DNA of 64,000 nucleotides from a bacterium (GCA_021815205.1 JAKAHD010000001.1:25247-89246), one strand, 5' to 3'; positions 45,696-56,073 are shown, numbered from the stretch's first letter. Notes: a model not told the origin generated them from the sequence alone. Numbers and translations: made by a program.

Positions 45696-46388
45696 TCATA
45701 TGTCATGCGGTGTGTGATATGCAGCCCAGCTCGTGGTGCGGCGCGCGATGTTTTTAGGACGGGCTTCGTGAAGCTGCGCCGCAAGCTTTTTTCTTGCGCG
45801 TGAGAGCGTGAGCTTCACCGCATTGCCGCTCTTCTGCGTCCTGCTCGCGATTTCTTTAATTGGCAGGCCGTCGCGGTAGCGCAAGAGCACCGCCACCTTC
45901 TCGTTCGGCGTGAGTATGCCGATTGCATATACCAATTCTTCGAGTTTCAATTTTCTTTCCATAACGAGGAGCGCCGAGGGAGTGTCAGCTCTTAACTCCT
46001 CATTATGCTCCTCGAGTGATACAGTTCTGTGCCGCGTGCGGTAGAAGTTGACGAGAAGGTTGTGTGCGGTTTTCTTGAGGTACGTGAAGCACACCGCTCC
46101 GTGTATGCCGAATTTTTTGATCGCACGGAATGTGCGGAAAAACGTTTCCTGAACAAGATCTTCCGCGATGTCTTTCGAACGCCCGACATGGTACCAGAAA
46201 TATCTAAAGAAGACACCCCCGTACTTTCTATACAGGTTCGCGAAGCGCTCTTCGCGGTCTTCTGGAGCGGATGGTGGTATGGCGTTGCGCTTTTTCTTTG
46301 GCATAGGTGCATTATTGGCCTCGCCGCATCGGTATACGGGGATATACGCGGCAGATTCCCCAATCGTTTCCTTCGGGGCGGTGCTCAA
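45696..46388 (-). CDS. Sigma-70 family (ECF-like) RNA polymerase sigma factor
   Basis: Region 2 (DLVQETFFRTFRAIKKF...YLKKTAHNLLVNFYRTRHR) and region 4 (LTPNEKVAVLLRYRDGLPIKEIASRTQKSGNAVKLTLSRARKKL). The N-terminal ~30 aa may be an overextension. Confidence 0.75.
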   Translation of the reverse strand: MSTAPKETIGESAAYIPVYRCGEANNAPMPKKKRNAIPPSAPEDREERFANLYRKYGGVFFRYFWYHVGRSKDIAEDLVQETFFRTFRAIKKFGIHGAVCFTYLKKTAHNLLVNFYRTRHRTVSLEEHNEELRADTPSALLVMERKLKLEELVYAIGILTPNEKVAVLLRYRDGLPIKEIASRTQKSGNAVKLTLSRARKKLAAQLHEARPKNIARRTTSWAAYHTPHDI

Positions 46389-46540
46389 AAAGAAGACGGA
46401 ATAACGCTCTATTTCTTATCCGTACCGAGCGTAGAACCGGCATTCACACGTTACCAATCTTTTCGTAACATCCGGGCGGTCGTTCTCGTATCTACTACTG
46501 ACAAAAAGGTCGGATGGAAGGAATTATATAAAGAAGCGCA

Positions 46541-47227
46541 ATGATGAACATGAAACGCGTGATTCTGGCAGGAGGAACGGCGGCAATGACGCTTATTCTC
46601 GCCTCAACCCTCGTTGCGGGGGCGCAAACTACGACGACAACCCCCACTCCCGCGCCGGCACACCCCGAGCCTATGGTGGTACGCGTGAATGCGGCAGGGC
46701 ACATTCTGCTCCGCGGCACCATCAGCTCGATCGGAAGCGGCGCCTTGACGGTCAAAAGCTGGGGCGGGGATTGGACAGTGAACGTCCCTTCTTCAGCGGA
46801 AGTACTCCCGGGAGGGGATATGTCCAAGTTCAAGCAGGGCGATCTTGTGGGCGTGTTGGGTATTATCTCCCAAAGCGGGAACTGGACGGTTGACGCAAAA
46901 GTCGTCCGTGATTGGACGCTCCGCACCGAGGTGAATACCGAGGTGAAGCAGAACCAAAAAGAGACGCGTCAGATGATGCAGCGCGAGCGGCCGAGGGTAT
47001 ACCAGGGAACTGCGAGCGCGGTAACCGGCTCGTCGTTTACGTTGACTTCCGCGAAGGGCACCGCGTACACGGTGAATGTTACTGCAGGAACAAAGTTCTT
47101 GAATAAGAAGTGGCTCTCGATTGCGGCGGCCGACATTCAGAACGGGGATACCATTCGTGTGTTCGGGGTGAACGCAAGCGGCACCATCTCGGCGACCGTC
47201 GTTCGGGATGTATCACTCCCAAGATAA
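46541..47227 (+). CDS. Secreted protein with two DUF5666-like repeats and a Thr/Pro-rich linker
   Basis: Signal peptide followed by duplicated ~60-aa beta-rich units (GTISSIGSGALTVKSWGGDWTVNV...GDLVGVLG / GTASAVTGSSFTLTSAKGTAYTVNV...GDTIRVFG). Divergent from the sigma factor gene. Confidence 0.5.
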   Translation: MMNMKRVILAGGTAAMTLILASTLVAGAQTTTTTPTPAPAHPEPMVVRVNAAGHILLRGTISSIGSGALTVKSWGGDWTVNVPSSAEVLPGGDMSKFKQGDLVGVLGIISQSGNWTVDAKVVRDWTLRTEVNTEVKQNQKETRQMMQRERPRVYQGTASAVTGSSFTLTSAKGTAYTVNVTAGTKFLNKKWLSIAAADIQNGDTIRVFGVNASGTISATVVRDVSLPR

Positions 47228-47365
47228 CGGCGTGATCGCGTGAGATTAGTTAACTTTTATGCGCAGCACCCGCTCGATTTGAGCGGGTGCTGCCTTTTTG
47301 AGATTCAACCTCGGAAAGATTCTTCGAATATTTACGCCACCTGATTTCTGTGGTATCACCTTACT

Positions 47366-49318
47366 ATGGAAAACCCCGACTTTCTTAAAGCCCGATACGA
47401 TCTCCACAAAGCTCCCGAAGTAGAAAAGGCCGCCCTGCGCACCGAGCAGGCAACCGGCGAGAAGGTGCCCCAGGACCCTTCCGCCCGCATCGAAAACTAC
47501 TTGGACCGCCTGGAGCGCCTCGCCATGGATCCCGAGAAAGAACAGGCAAGAAGGATGTTCGGCGACGAATCCCGTCCCCGCGCCCTGGGCCTTCTCCGCG
47601 AGATGGTGATGAATAAATATGTCCGCCCCAACAAGGAGAAGATGGCCGAGGGAGCAGCGAGAATGGAAGAGCGGGCCGCAAGAGAATTGGGCATCGAAGC
47701 CCATTACGGAGAAGTAGAACTCGAACAAAGAGGCGAGATTGCCGTCGCTGATCTCGAAAAATCTCTGGACAACTGGATCTCGTACCTCTCGGACGCGAAC
47801 GAGCCCTACCCCGTCTGGTTCCGCTACTATGTTTTCCGCAACGTCTTAGACCTCGGCGATTACGACAAGGACAAAGGCGAGTTCACCAAGCGTTCCCCGG
47901 GTTCGACCCGCCTCTTCCCGGATATTGATCGGGGCGCCCTCGCCTATGTGGAGCAGATGATTGAAGCCGCGAAAGATCCGGAAATGCTCGAGCGTCTGCG
48001 GAGGGCGCAAGAAGCGACGGGCACGCCCGAAGACCAGCTCCTCACTAAAGAGAAGGCCGCCCAGTTCTCCAAACTTTCTTTCAGCAAACAGTACGTCGAA
48101 GGCATTCAGCAAGCGGGTGAGATCACGCCCGAGATGCGGGAAGAGACGCGGGGTGAGTGGGTAAAATATCAAAAAGGAACCGACCCCACCGCCCTCTGGG
48201 CCTCCCTCCAGAACAAGGGCGCGGCTTGGTGCACCAAGGGATTTGCAACCGCGGAGACCCAGCTCAAGGGCGGCGACTTCTATGTCTATTATACCCTCGA
48301 CCGCCAAGGTAAGCCGACTATTCCCCGAATCGCCATCCGGATGCAAGGGGAAAATATCGGCGAGGTGCGAGGCGTCGCCGACAACAATCAGAATCTTGAG
48401 GGTAACATGACGACGATCGCCGAAAAGAAGATGGAGGACCTGCCGGGCGCCGAGCAATATCAGAAGAAATCCGCCGACATGAAACTCTTGACCGCGATTG
48501 AGAAGAGGACACAGAAAGAAGAACCGCTCACCAAAGATGACCTCATATTTCTCTACGAACTTGAGGCTCCTATCGAGGGCTTCGGCTACCAAAGAGACCC
48601 GAGGATCGCGGAGCTTCGCAGAAAGAGGAATCCGGAAGAGGATATGCCGATTGTTTTCGGGTGCGAGAAAAGTCAGATTGCCCGCGATGTATCCGAAATC
48701 AATGGGGACACGAAGGCCTATATCGGCCCGCTCGTCCCCGGCATCTTCGATAAATTCCAGGAATACGGCATTGAGTATATGTACACCTCTTTCCCCGAGG
48801 GCCGGATCAGAGTCAGGATGGAGACCATGGAAATCGGCGGCAAGAATGTTGAGAAACTCGTCGCCGAGATGAAAAAGCAGAAAATTAACATCAGCGACTA
48901 CGCGATGGATATGCTGAGGAGCAAGGATTTCATGACGCGGAAGAAAGCGGAGAAAGAAACTCTCGTCCGGATCAAAGTGGGTGATCTCCGTTTACCCAAA
49001 GATAAACTTCCCACGACGGGCGAGATATACCGGCGTATCGAAGAACTCGGTCTTGAACTTTGTTCCGCGGAAACCGGCCCCAATTACCGGTTGCGATATC
49101 AAAACCAGCCGATGGGAGAATGGCTCAGCATCGGTATGAAACAAATTTCCGGCCGCAACGATCGCCCGGCCGTCTTCGACCTGGGACGGGACAAGCATGG
49201 TTTGTGGATGGACTTCGACTGGGCGGATCCGGGCCGCATGTTGAAATCTGACCGCGAGTTCGTATTTTGCCTCCGTCCACGCACCAAAGCGAAGCTTCGT
49301 GCCGGGCAAGCAAGTTGA
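47366..49318 (+). CDS. Large soluble hypothetical protein (650 aa), no recognisable family
   Basis: Long uninterrupted ORF with genome-typical codon usage. Charged and helical N-terminal third, then a mixed alpha/beta region (AAWCTKGFATAETQLKGGDFYVYYTLDRQGKPTIPRIAIRM). No TM region and no motif I can assign. Confidence 0.6.
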   Translation: MENPDFLKARYDLHKAPEVEKAALRTEQATGEKVPQDPSARIENYLDRLERLAMDPEKEQARRMFGDESRPRALGLLREMVMNKYVRPNKEKMAEGAARMEERAARELGIEAHYGEVELEQRGEIAVADLEKSLDNWISYLSDANEPYPVWFRYYVFRNVLDLGDYDKDKGEFTKRSPGSTRLFPDIDRGALAYVEQMIEAAKDPEMLERLRRAQEATGTPEDQLLTKEKAAQFSKLSFSKQYVEGIQQAGEITPEMREETRGEWVKYQKGTDPTALWASLQNKGAAWCTKGFATAETQLKGGDFYVYYTLDRQGKPTIPRIAIRMQGENIGEVRGVADNNQNLEGNMTTIAEKKMEDLPGAEQYQKKSADMKLLTAIEKRTQKEEPLTKDDLIFLYELEAPIEGFGYQRDPRIAELRRKRNPEEDMPIVFGCEKSQIARDVSEINGDTKAYIGPLVPGIFDKFQEYGIEYMYTSFPEGRIRVRMETMEIGGKNVEKLVAEMKKQKINISDYAMDMLRSKDFMTRKKAEKETLVRIKVGDLRLPKDKLPTTGEIYRRIEELGLELCSAETGPNYRLRYQNQPMGEWLSIGMKQISGRNDRPAVFDLGRDKHGLWMDFDWADPGRMLKSDREFVFCLRPRTKAKLRAGQAS

Positions 49319-49404
49319 AAAACTCAAAATCTTAGAATCTATACCTTTTGCCTCTTTAACCCGTTGATTTGCAGTTCCGGCTCGCATCTCGGCCGGGTTG
49401 CTTT

Positions 49405-50649
49405 CTATCTCCTTCTTCTGAAACTGCGTTTAGGGTTTTGATGCCGGAAGCGGTTCCTGCGAGGGAGCGAGAAATTCGGAGTACGAATATGAGAGGCGGG
49501 CGGAGGCGGCAGCAAGGGGAGTCTTGAAACTTGAAGGGTGGCGCGCATGAGCCGCTCGATATCCCGCACGTCCCTTCTTTGATCCGGCCTCGCGAAAGAA
49601 ATCGCGTGCCCCGCGCTCCCCGCGCGGCCCGTGCGGCCGATCCGATGAATGTAATCTTCGGGGACGGTAGGAAGGTCGTAATTGATGACGAGCTCGATAT
49701 TATTGACGTCAATGCCTCTCGCCGCGATGTCCGTTGCGACCACAATCCGATATCTTCCTTTTTTGAAGCCGTCGAGCGCTTCGCGCCGTTGGTTCAGTGA
49801 GCGATTCGAGTGAAGCTCGGCGGCGGTATGGCCAAGCGCGCGAAGATGCGCCGCAAGCTTTTTTGCGGCGAATTTGGTTCTTAGGAAGATAAGTACCGAG
49901 CCCCGGTATTCTTGCAGTATTTTTTCAAGGAGGCGCACCTTCTCCGGTTGAGGGACAAAAAATAGTTCCTGGGTCACATCTTTTGCCGCCGTCCCCGAAC
50001 GCGCAATCTCAACGCGCAAAGGGAGCTTCAGATACGCGCGCGCCATGGCGATGATATTTTCCGGCATGGTGGCGGAAAAAAGAAGCGTCTGCCGTTCTTG
50101 GGGCAGGAGCGGGAGAATCTTCGCGAGTTGCGGCGCAAAGCCCATGTCGAGCATGCGATCCGCTTCATCAAGCACGGCGATCCTTATCTCTTTCAACGTC
50201 AAATTTTTTTGCGCGAGATGATCAATAAGGCGCCCGGGAGTTGCAATCACAACCTGCGGCATCCGAGCGAGCGCCCGTAGTTGCTTTCCCATCGGCTCGC
50301 CGCCGATAAGGATCGCCGTTTTTATTCCAAGCGGCGCCCCTATGGTATGGAACGATTCATTTACCTGCTCGGCAAGTTCTCTCGTGGGAAGGAGCACAAG
50401 GGCGCGATGCCGCGGATTTTTGAGGAGATGCTGAATAGTGGGAATGCCGAACGCGAATGTCTTGCCGGTGCCGGTTTGGGCGATCCCCATAATATCTTTC
50501 CCTTCGATCGCCTGGGGGATCGCTTGTTCCTGAATCGGAGTCGGCGTCACAAGCGCAAGCGCATCAAGGATAGCGAGGATGCTTGGGGCGATGCCAAGGC
50601 CGTAAAATGACGGAGGGTTTGGATTCATCCCGTTAGAAGCAGATTGCAA
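49405..50649 (-). CDS. DEAD-box ATP-dependent RNA helicase
   Basis: Q motif, Walker A AQTGTGKT, DEAD box VLDEADRML, SAT and HRIGRTGR motifs. Confidence 0.93.
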   Translation of the reverse strand: MQSASNGMNPNPPSFYGLGIAPSILAILDALALVTPTPIQEQAIPQAIEGKDIMGIAQTGTGKTFAFGIPTIQHLLKNPRHRALVLLPTRELAEQVNESFHTIGAPLGIKTAILIGGEPMGKQLRALARMPQVVIATPGRLIDHLAQKNLTLKEIRIAVLDEADRMLDMGFAPQLAKILPLLPQERQTLLFSATMPENIIAMARAYLKLPLRVEIARSGTAAKDVTQELFFVPQPEKVRLLEKILQEYRGSVLIFLRTKFAAKKLAAHLRALGHTAAELHSNRSLNQRREALDGFKKGRYRIVVATDIAARGIDVNNIELVINYDLPTVPEDYIHRIGRTGRAGSAGHAISFARPDQRRDVRDIERLMRATLQVSRLPLLPPPPASHIRTPNFSLPRRNRFRHQNPKRSFRRRR

Positions 50650-50828
50650 CCCGCAAGGTGCTGAATAATTTAAGTTTTAGAAATGATTTTTCCATAGAAT
50701 GATTTTCGTGGTTAAGCGCGATCGCGGCTTCTAACGGGATTCATTGCAAAAGATGGGGTGTCGAGAACGTTGCTCGTATTGTAGCAAGATAACGCTCTCT
50801 GGTCACTCTCATGCTGCGCTGATTCTGG

Positions 50829-50899
50829 CTGCCGGGCTTGGGCTCGAACCAAGATACTGGGCTTCAAAGGCCCATGTCCTACCATTAGACGACCCGGCA
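50829..50899 (-). tRNA. tRNA-Gln (anticodon UUG)
   Basis: The minus-strand cloverleaf has acceptor UGCCGGG/CCCGGCA with G73 discriminator, anticodon stem-loop UGGGCC-UUUGAAG-GCCCA and T-arm CUUGG-UUCGAGC-CCAAG. Confidence 0.75.
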
Positions 50900-51111
50900 A
50901 TGGAATGACTATTCCGTTTGCAATATACCGCAACTCACACTTCCTTACAAGAAACGCGATAGTGTATCATTGAATTATGGACCAGAAAGATACCTATTTC
51001 GTCGCGGTGAAGATGTTTCTCGAGTACGAAGAGTATATGATGGTGAGGAAGAAACCTGCGAAAGGCGCATCATTGCGAAAGCAACTTCCGTAGCGGATAA
51101 TATAAATATTC

Positions 51112-51585
51112 ATGCAAGAAGCGCTCGTACAACGTGCCAAGGAGATTATCGAAAAGATAATCTACATCACGATCGCGACCGTAACGCCCGAGGGCACGCC
51201 GTGGAACAGCCCCGTCTATTCCGCGTACGACAAGGACACCTACGCCTTCTACTGGGTTTCGTCGCGCGCGGCGCAACACAGCAAGAACATCGAACAAAAT
51301 CCCGACGTGTTTCTTGTAATATACGATTCGACGGTGCCCGAGGGAACGGGGGAGGGGGTGTATGTTCAAGCGCGCGCCTCCGTGGTTACGGACGTAGAAG
51401 AAATGACGAGGGCGGTGTATCTTCTTTACACGAGAAAGAAGAAAAAGTTGAGGGATGTACAGCATTTTCTCAATCTGCGTCCGCGTCGTATCTACAAAGC
51501 GGTACCCGAAAAGGTATGGCTCAATAGCAGTGAGAAGGTTGGTGATGAGGATCTCGACACCCGAGTCGAGATACAATTACCATAA
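51112..51585 (+). CDS. Pyridoxamine 5'-phosphate oxidase-family FMN-binding protein (general stress protein 26-like)
   Basis: Split-barrel PNPOx-like pattern (ITIATVTPEGTPWNSPVY...FYWVSSRAAQHSKNIEQNPDVFLVIYD). The overlapping 50970..51527 ORF is spurious. Confidence 0.75.
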   Translation: MQEALVQRAKEIIEKIIYITIATVTPEGTPWNSPVYSAYDKDTYAFYWVSSRAAQHSKNIEQNPDVFLVIYDSTVPEGTGEGVYVQARASVVTDVEEMTRAVYLLYTRKKKKLRDVQHFLNLRPRRIYKAVPEKVWLNSSEKVGDEDLDTRVEIQLP

Positions 51586-51600
51586 GAAGAAAGTCTCAAT

Positions 51601-52338
51601 ATGAAACTCAAGATTCTATCGTGGAACGTGTGGGGCGGAAGACGCCTCGATGAAGTAATTGAGTTTTTACGGCATGCGGAGGCGGACGTCATTTTTCTCC
51701 AGGAAGTTATCGAGGACGATAGGGAGGGAAATACCGCGCTCACCATCGCTCACGCGTTGGGGTACCAGGGATGCGCGTTCGCGATTGATATGGATATTCC
51801 TTCGGCGTACACGGGTCCCCTACGGGCGAAGAATGAAATCATCAAATTCGGCAATGCGATCATCTCAAGCTACGAGATCGTGAAGCGCGGAAGGTACGAC
51901 CTTTCGCCGGAGCAGTCGCGTACCGTGTCGGGAGCGGAGATTCGGGCGGGGGATACCGTACTGCACGCGTTCAGCGTCCACTTAAAACATCTCCATGTGC
52001 GGGGTTCATATCCCGAGATTGAAGCGCGGCAGAAGACGCAGACCGATGCCTTGCGTGCGCTCGCCTCGCGCGAGCGTACGATCGTTGCGGGGGATTTTAA
52101 TACCGTTCCCGGAACGTATCCGATAGAAAAAATGCGAGAGGCGTTCGAGAACGCCGAAGCGGGCTCCGCCACACCCACATGGGCGGTATATAAGGAAGGG
52201 TGCAGATGCGCTCCCTCGAGCGTGCAGTACAAATTTGATTATATCTTCGCGACGAAGGATCTCTCCCCGCGTTCCTTCGAGGTTGCTCAATCGAAGGCAT
52301 CGGATCATCTCCCGGTATTCTCTTTTATTATCGTGTAA
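51601..52338 (+). CDS. Endonuclease/exonuclease/phosphatase (EEP) family protein
   Basis: N-terminal LKILSWNVWGG...DVIFLQEV and C-terminal SDHLPV motifs of the EEP fold. Confidence 0.8.
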   Translation: MKLKILSWNVWGGRRLDEVIEFLRHAEADVIFLQEVIEDDREGNTALTIAHALGYQGCAFAIDMDIPSAYTGPLRAKNEIIKFGNAIISSYEIVKRGRYDLSPEQSRTVSGAEIRAGDTVLHAFSVHLKHLHVRGSYPEIEARQKTQTDALRALASRERTIVAGDFNTVPGTYPIEKMREAFENAEAGSATPTWAVYKEGCRCAPSSVQYKFDYIFATKDLSPRSFEVAQSKASDHLPVFSFIIV

Positions 52339-52343
52339 ACGGC

Positions 52344-53006
52344 ATGCCCGATTTTTTTATTGGTTCGTTTCTCAAGTGGTTCCCGCGGGTGATCTCCGGG
52401 TTAGCGGTGCTCGCAGCAATTTTCGCGTATTTCGGATGTTGCGGCACGCGCGAGGAGAAACGGAGACATCTCTTCCTCGGGTTCTTGATATTCCTTTTCG
52501 CCCTCCAAGTTCTAAACGCTGGACTCCTCATGTGGGGTCAGCAGTATGTGTGGTCCAGGGATCCGCTCGCGCGAGCGCTGCTCATTACTCCGCTCCCCAA
52601 AAATATTCCTGTCCCGCTTGTTGAGGCGGTCCCCGGCGTGTTCCAGGCTCCCTCGGGGTACTATATATTCTATTCACTTCAGCATTTTTGGTTCCCGCTT
52701 CTCTTGAGCGCGCTCCTCGCGTTCCTCTTTTATCTTTTTCTGAAGATGCTTCAAAAGTATAACGGGCGATTTTTCGAGACGGGGGAGACCGAGCTCGGAT
52801 TCCTGCTTGCGCTTGCGGTCGGCTGGCCGAAGTTCGTTATATTTCTTCCGCTCGCGCTTCTTTTCGTGGTGCTCATCGCGATTTTCCGCGGCATCGTAGC
52901 GAAAGAAAAATATACGACACTCGGGGTGCCGCTTCTCTTGGCTGCAGTCGTTGTACTGGCCACGCAGACATTCTTACAGTCATTTCTCACCCCGCTTATT
53001 TTTTAG
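52344..53006 (+). CDS. Polytopic membrane protein, weak similarity to A24 prepilin-peptidase family
   Basis: Six hydrophobic segments. GETELGFLLALAVGW resembles the G(D)VKLLAALGAWLGW block of PilD-like peptidases, but the catalytic Asp residues are not securely identified. Confidence 0.35.
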   Translation: MPDFFIGSFLKWFPRVISGLAVLAAIFAYFGCCGTREEKRRHLFLGFLIFLFALQVLNAGLLMWGQQYVWSRDPLARALLITPLPKNIPVPLVEAVPGVFQAPSGYYIFYSLQHFWFPLLLSALLAFLFYLFLKMLQKYNGRFFETGETELGFLLALAVGWPKFVIFLPLALLFVVLIAIFRGIVAKEKYTTLGVPLLLAAVVVLATQTFLQSFLTPLIF

Positions 53007-53014
53007 GTATTTTC

Positions 53015-53062
53015 CTATCGAAGTTCAACTTCACTATTTCTAGTGAAGTTGAACTTCGATAG
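53015..53062. terminator. Bidirectional terminator hairpin (22-bp perfect stem CTATCGAAGTTCAACTTCACTA / TAGTGAAGTTGAACTTCGATAG)
   Basis: Between convergent genes (52344-53006 plus; dnaX minus), followed by a T-rich tract. Confidence 0.7.
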
Positions 53063-53087
53063 AGGGGCTCGATCTACCCCGTTCTTC

Positions 53088-54200
53088 TTACTTTTTTGGA
53101 AGAACATTGAGGAGCGCTACCTCGAGCGGAATGATGGGGAACTGGCTGTAGCGCATCTCGCCGTATGCTTCGATTAATGCCTCGAGGAGGTTTATATGCG
53201 CGGTAGTGAAGCGTTTTGAGGCCTTTATAATCATCTGAAGATGCTCCTCCATAAGTTCTTCCTTGAACAATGATTCCATCTTTGGGTTCGTGGCGAGGAC
53301 CGCGACGCGGCGGAGGTATTTGATGACGTCTTTCGTAAACTGCGCGAGATTGAATCCGCCGTTCTCGATCTCCGCAAGCGCGGCGAGCGCCTCGTCGAGC
53401 GTGCCTTCGAGGAGAAGTTCCGAGAAGTGTGAGAGCGTATCGAACCCAACTTTCCCTATCATGCGCTCGACCTCTTCGAGTGTGATGTGCGTGTCGCCAA
53501 AGAGCACGAGCTGGTCCAAGAGCGATTCCGCGTCGCGGTAGCTCCCTTCAGCCGAGGTCGCGATGAGGTTCAGCGCCTCGTTCGAGATCTTGATGCCTTC
53601 CTCTACGGCAATCTTCTTGAGCTTCTTTACGATCTCTTGAAGCGCGGCGCGTTTGAAATAAAACTTCTGGGTGCGCGAACTAATCGTCGGAGGCACCTTT
53701 TCGATCTCGGTCGTCGCGAGAATAAGAATCACGTGCGCGGGCGGCTCCTCGAGCGTCTTGAGGAGTGCGTTCCACGCGTCTTTCGTAAGCATGTGCGCTT
53801 CGTCGATGATAAACACCTTGTACGGGCTCATACTCGGCGTGACCCGCACACTCTCCTTGAGGTTCCTAATCTCATCAATGCCGCGGTTCGATGCCGCGTC
53901 GATCTCGATCACGTCGATTAAGTGTCCCTCGTCGATCGCGCGGCATGTGGCGCAGGTATTACATGGTTCACCTTTTGCCCTAAAGCTCGCATTGCTCGCT
54001 CGGGTTTCACAGTTTGCAATCTTCGCGATGAGGCGGGCAGTCGTCGTTTTTCCCGTGCCTCGGGGACCCGCAAAAAGATATGCGTGCGCGAGTTTTTCCT
54101 GTTTTGCCGCTTCGTGCAAAACCTTCATTATCTGCTCCTGTCCTAAAAGATCCTCGAAGGTGCTCGGGCGGTATTTTCGGTAGAGTGCAAGATGTGGCAT
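53088..54200 (-). CDS. dnaX: DNA polymerase III subunit gamma/tau (short form)
   Basis: AAA+ clamp-loader motifs (YRKYRPSTFEDLLGQE; GPRGTGKTTTARLIAK; zinc module CxxC; SRTQ). Confidence 0.93.
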   Translation of the reverse strand: MPHLALYRKYRPSTFEDLLGQEQIMKVLHEAAKQEKLAHAYLFAGPRGTGKTTTARLIAKIANCETRASNASFRAKGEPCNTCATCRAIDEGHLIDVIEIDAASNRGIDEIRNLKESVRVTPSMSPYKVFIIDEAHMLTKDAWNALLKTLEEPPAHVILILATTEIEKVPPTISSRTQKFYFKRAALQEIVKKLKKIAVEEGIKISNEALNLIATSAEGSYRDAESLLDQLVLFGDTHITLEEVERMIGKVGFDTLSHFSELLLEGTLDEALAALAEIENGGFNLAQFTKDVIKYLRRVAVLATNPKMESLFKEELMEEHLQMIIKASKRFTTAHINLLEALIEAYGEMRYSQFPIIPLEVALLNVLPKK

Positions 54201-54247
54201 GCGTTTAGTATATCGTATTTAGTATATAGTATATAGGATATCGAAAC

Positions 54248-54835
54248 ATGAAAAGGAAGGTGCGTAGTATTGTAATTTCGGCTATTATAATAATTGTAGG
54301 GGCTGGCACATACGTCTATCTCGGCACGCATCCGGGCGCACCGAGTAACGCGAATGTTCCCCTCGAACCACAAACCATGGGAAATTTAGACCTCAAAAGT
54401 TCAACCTTTAGGGACGGGGATCCGATTCCCGCGAAGTTCACCTGCGACGGGGATAACGTAAACCCGATGCTCGAGATTCGGAACGCGCCGCGCGGCACGA
54501 GATCGTTCGCGCTCATTGTGGACGATCCGGATGCCTCGAATGGCGGCGTGTGGGATCACTGGCTCCTTTGGAATATCGACCCCAAGACACAGTACATCAT
54601 GGAGGACAACATTCCGTTCGGCGCCGTGCAGGGAACGAACAGTTTCGGCAAGGAACGCTACGGCGGCCCGTGCCCGCCGCGCGGCAACGCCCCGCATCGG
54701 TATATGTTCAAACTCTATGCGTTGGATACAATGCTCAATCTCGCGCAGGGCGCGACGAAAGCGGAACTTGAAGCCGCAATACGGGGACACGTGCTCGAGC
54801 AGACGACGCTCATGGGAAAGTACGGACGGAAGTGA
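54248..54835 (+). CDS. YbhB/YbcL-family phosphatidylethanolamine-binding protein (PEBP)
   Basis: Signal/TM N-terminus followed by the PEBP signature (SFALIVDDPDA...WDHWLLWNI...PCPPRGNAPHRYMFKLYALD). Confidence 0.85.
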   Translation: MKRKVRSIVISAIIIIVGAGTYVYLGTHPGAPSNANVPLEPQTMGNLDLKSSTFRDGDPIPAKFTCDGDNVNPMLEIRNAPRGTRSFALIVDDPDASNGGVWDHWLLWNIDPKTQYIMEDNIPFGAVQGTNSFGKERYGGPCPPRGNAPHRYMFKLYALDTMLNLAQGATKAELEAAIRGHVLEQTTLMGKYGRK

Positions 54836-54953
54836 TCAATTTTTAATTTGAAATTTAAAATTTTTAATCAAGGTTTTAACACGTCAATTTGAGAATTGTG
54901 AAAATTGGTTCATTTAGATTTGATTAAAAATTAAGAATTAAAAATTCTTTCTC

Positions 54954-55301
54954 ATGCCCTGTTCTTTTTCCGAAAAATATCTCTGGACCCTCCACGCCCG
55001 CGTGAAGATGAAATATTACGGCGTTGCCGAATCGCGGGTGAAGCGCATCATCCGCTTTCCCGCCCGCTACGAGGAAGGGATCGCGCCGAAGACGGTGGCG
55101 GTTATGTGTCCCTACGGGACATCTCCCGCAGGGAGACAACCTTATAGGGGAGAGATCTGGGTTATGTATAAGTTGGTGAAATCCCCTCATTCAAAGCAAA
55201 AGAAGATAAAAATAATTACGGTGTGGCGGTATCCGGGGAAAGCGCCGACGAGGGACCCGATTCCGGAGAACGTACTCGAGGAGATTAAGAGGTTCCTTTA
55301 A
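54954..55301 (+). CDS. Hypothetical protein (115 aa)
   Basis: ORF preceded by an extremely AT-rich spacer. No identifiable family. Confidence 0.35.
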   Translation: MPCSFSEKYLWTLHARVKMKYYGVAESRVKRIIRFPARYEEGIAPKTVAVMCPYGTSPAGRQPYRGEIWVMYKLVKSPHSKQKKIKIITVWRYPGKAPTRDPIPENVLEEIKRFL

Positions 55302-55446
55302 TCTCCTCGAGTCATCCTTAATTCTGTCCGTGCAGATAGGCGAAGGATCTCGATTCTCCTCTGCGCCCGCCCGCGCAGGCAAGGTTCAGAATAACAATGA
55401 GGTGTGATCAACATGAGTCAGTCGTATCAGCACAGATCAGCGTCCA

Positions 55447-56073
55447 ATGCGCAGAGTGTTACCGCAAAAGTTTTTTGACCGTATAACCGAGGTTGTCGCC
55501 GAAGAGCTACTCGGGAAGTATCTCGTGCGGAGGTATAGGGGAAAGGAGATTGCGGGGATGATTACCGAGGTCGAGGTGTATGACGGTTTCAAAGACAAGG
55601 GGTCACACGCCTCGCGCGGCATGACGGAGCGGAACAAGGTTATGTTCGGCCCCGCGGGATATTGGTACCCGTACTTCACGTACGGCATGCACTGGCTCGT
55701 GAATATTACGACGCGGGAGAAAGGGTATCCGGCAGCTATCTTGATACGTGGTGTCAAAATAGCGGATTCGTGCAGAACAGACACGGAAATACGCGGAAAC
55801 AACCGGATGCTGATGCGGAATATAGACGGGCCCGCGAGAGTTACAAAATATTTTAAAATTGATGAGCGATTTTACGGGAAGCCCGCCGCGAAGAAAACGG
55901 GACTGTGGGTCGAGGATAGGCCTGCCCGCCGTATCCGTCGCGACGGAGAAGGCGGGAGAGTGCGGGGAAAAAAGATGAAAATAAAAAAAAGTGCCCGCAT
56001 CGGGATTGAGTATGCGGGAGAATATTGGAAAAAACGAAAATGGCGATTTACTTTAGACGCCCATGACCGCTGA
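55447..56073 (+). CDS. mpg: DNA-3-methyladenine glycosylase (Mpg/AAG family)
   Basis: ELLGKYLVRRYRGKEIAGMITEVEVYDGFKDKGSHASRG...GPAGYWYPYFTYGMHWLVNITT is the canonical AAG fold signature. It carries a basic C-terminal tail. Confidence 0.85.
   Translation: MRRVLPQKFFDRITEVVAEELLGKYLVRRYRGKEIAGMITEVEVYDGFKDKGSHASRGMTERNKVMFGPAGYWYPYFTYGMHWLVNITTREKGYPAAILIRGVKIADSCRTDTEIRGNNRMLMRNIDGPARVTKYFKIDERFYGKPAAKKTGLWVEDRPARRIRRDGEGGRVRGKKMKIKKSARIGIEYAGEYWKKRKWRFTLDAHDR

Noticed and set aside
50970-51527. ORF 50970..51527 (185 aa, Arg-rich)
   Set aside because: Overlaps, in another frame, the PNPOx-family gene that has a clear fold signature. Composition is typical of an out-of-frame artefact.
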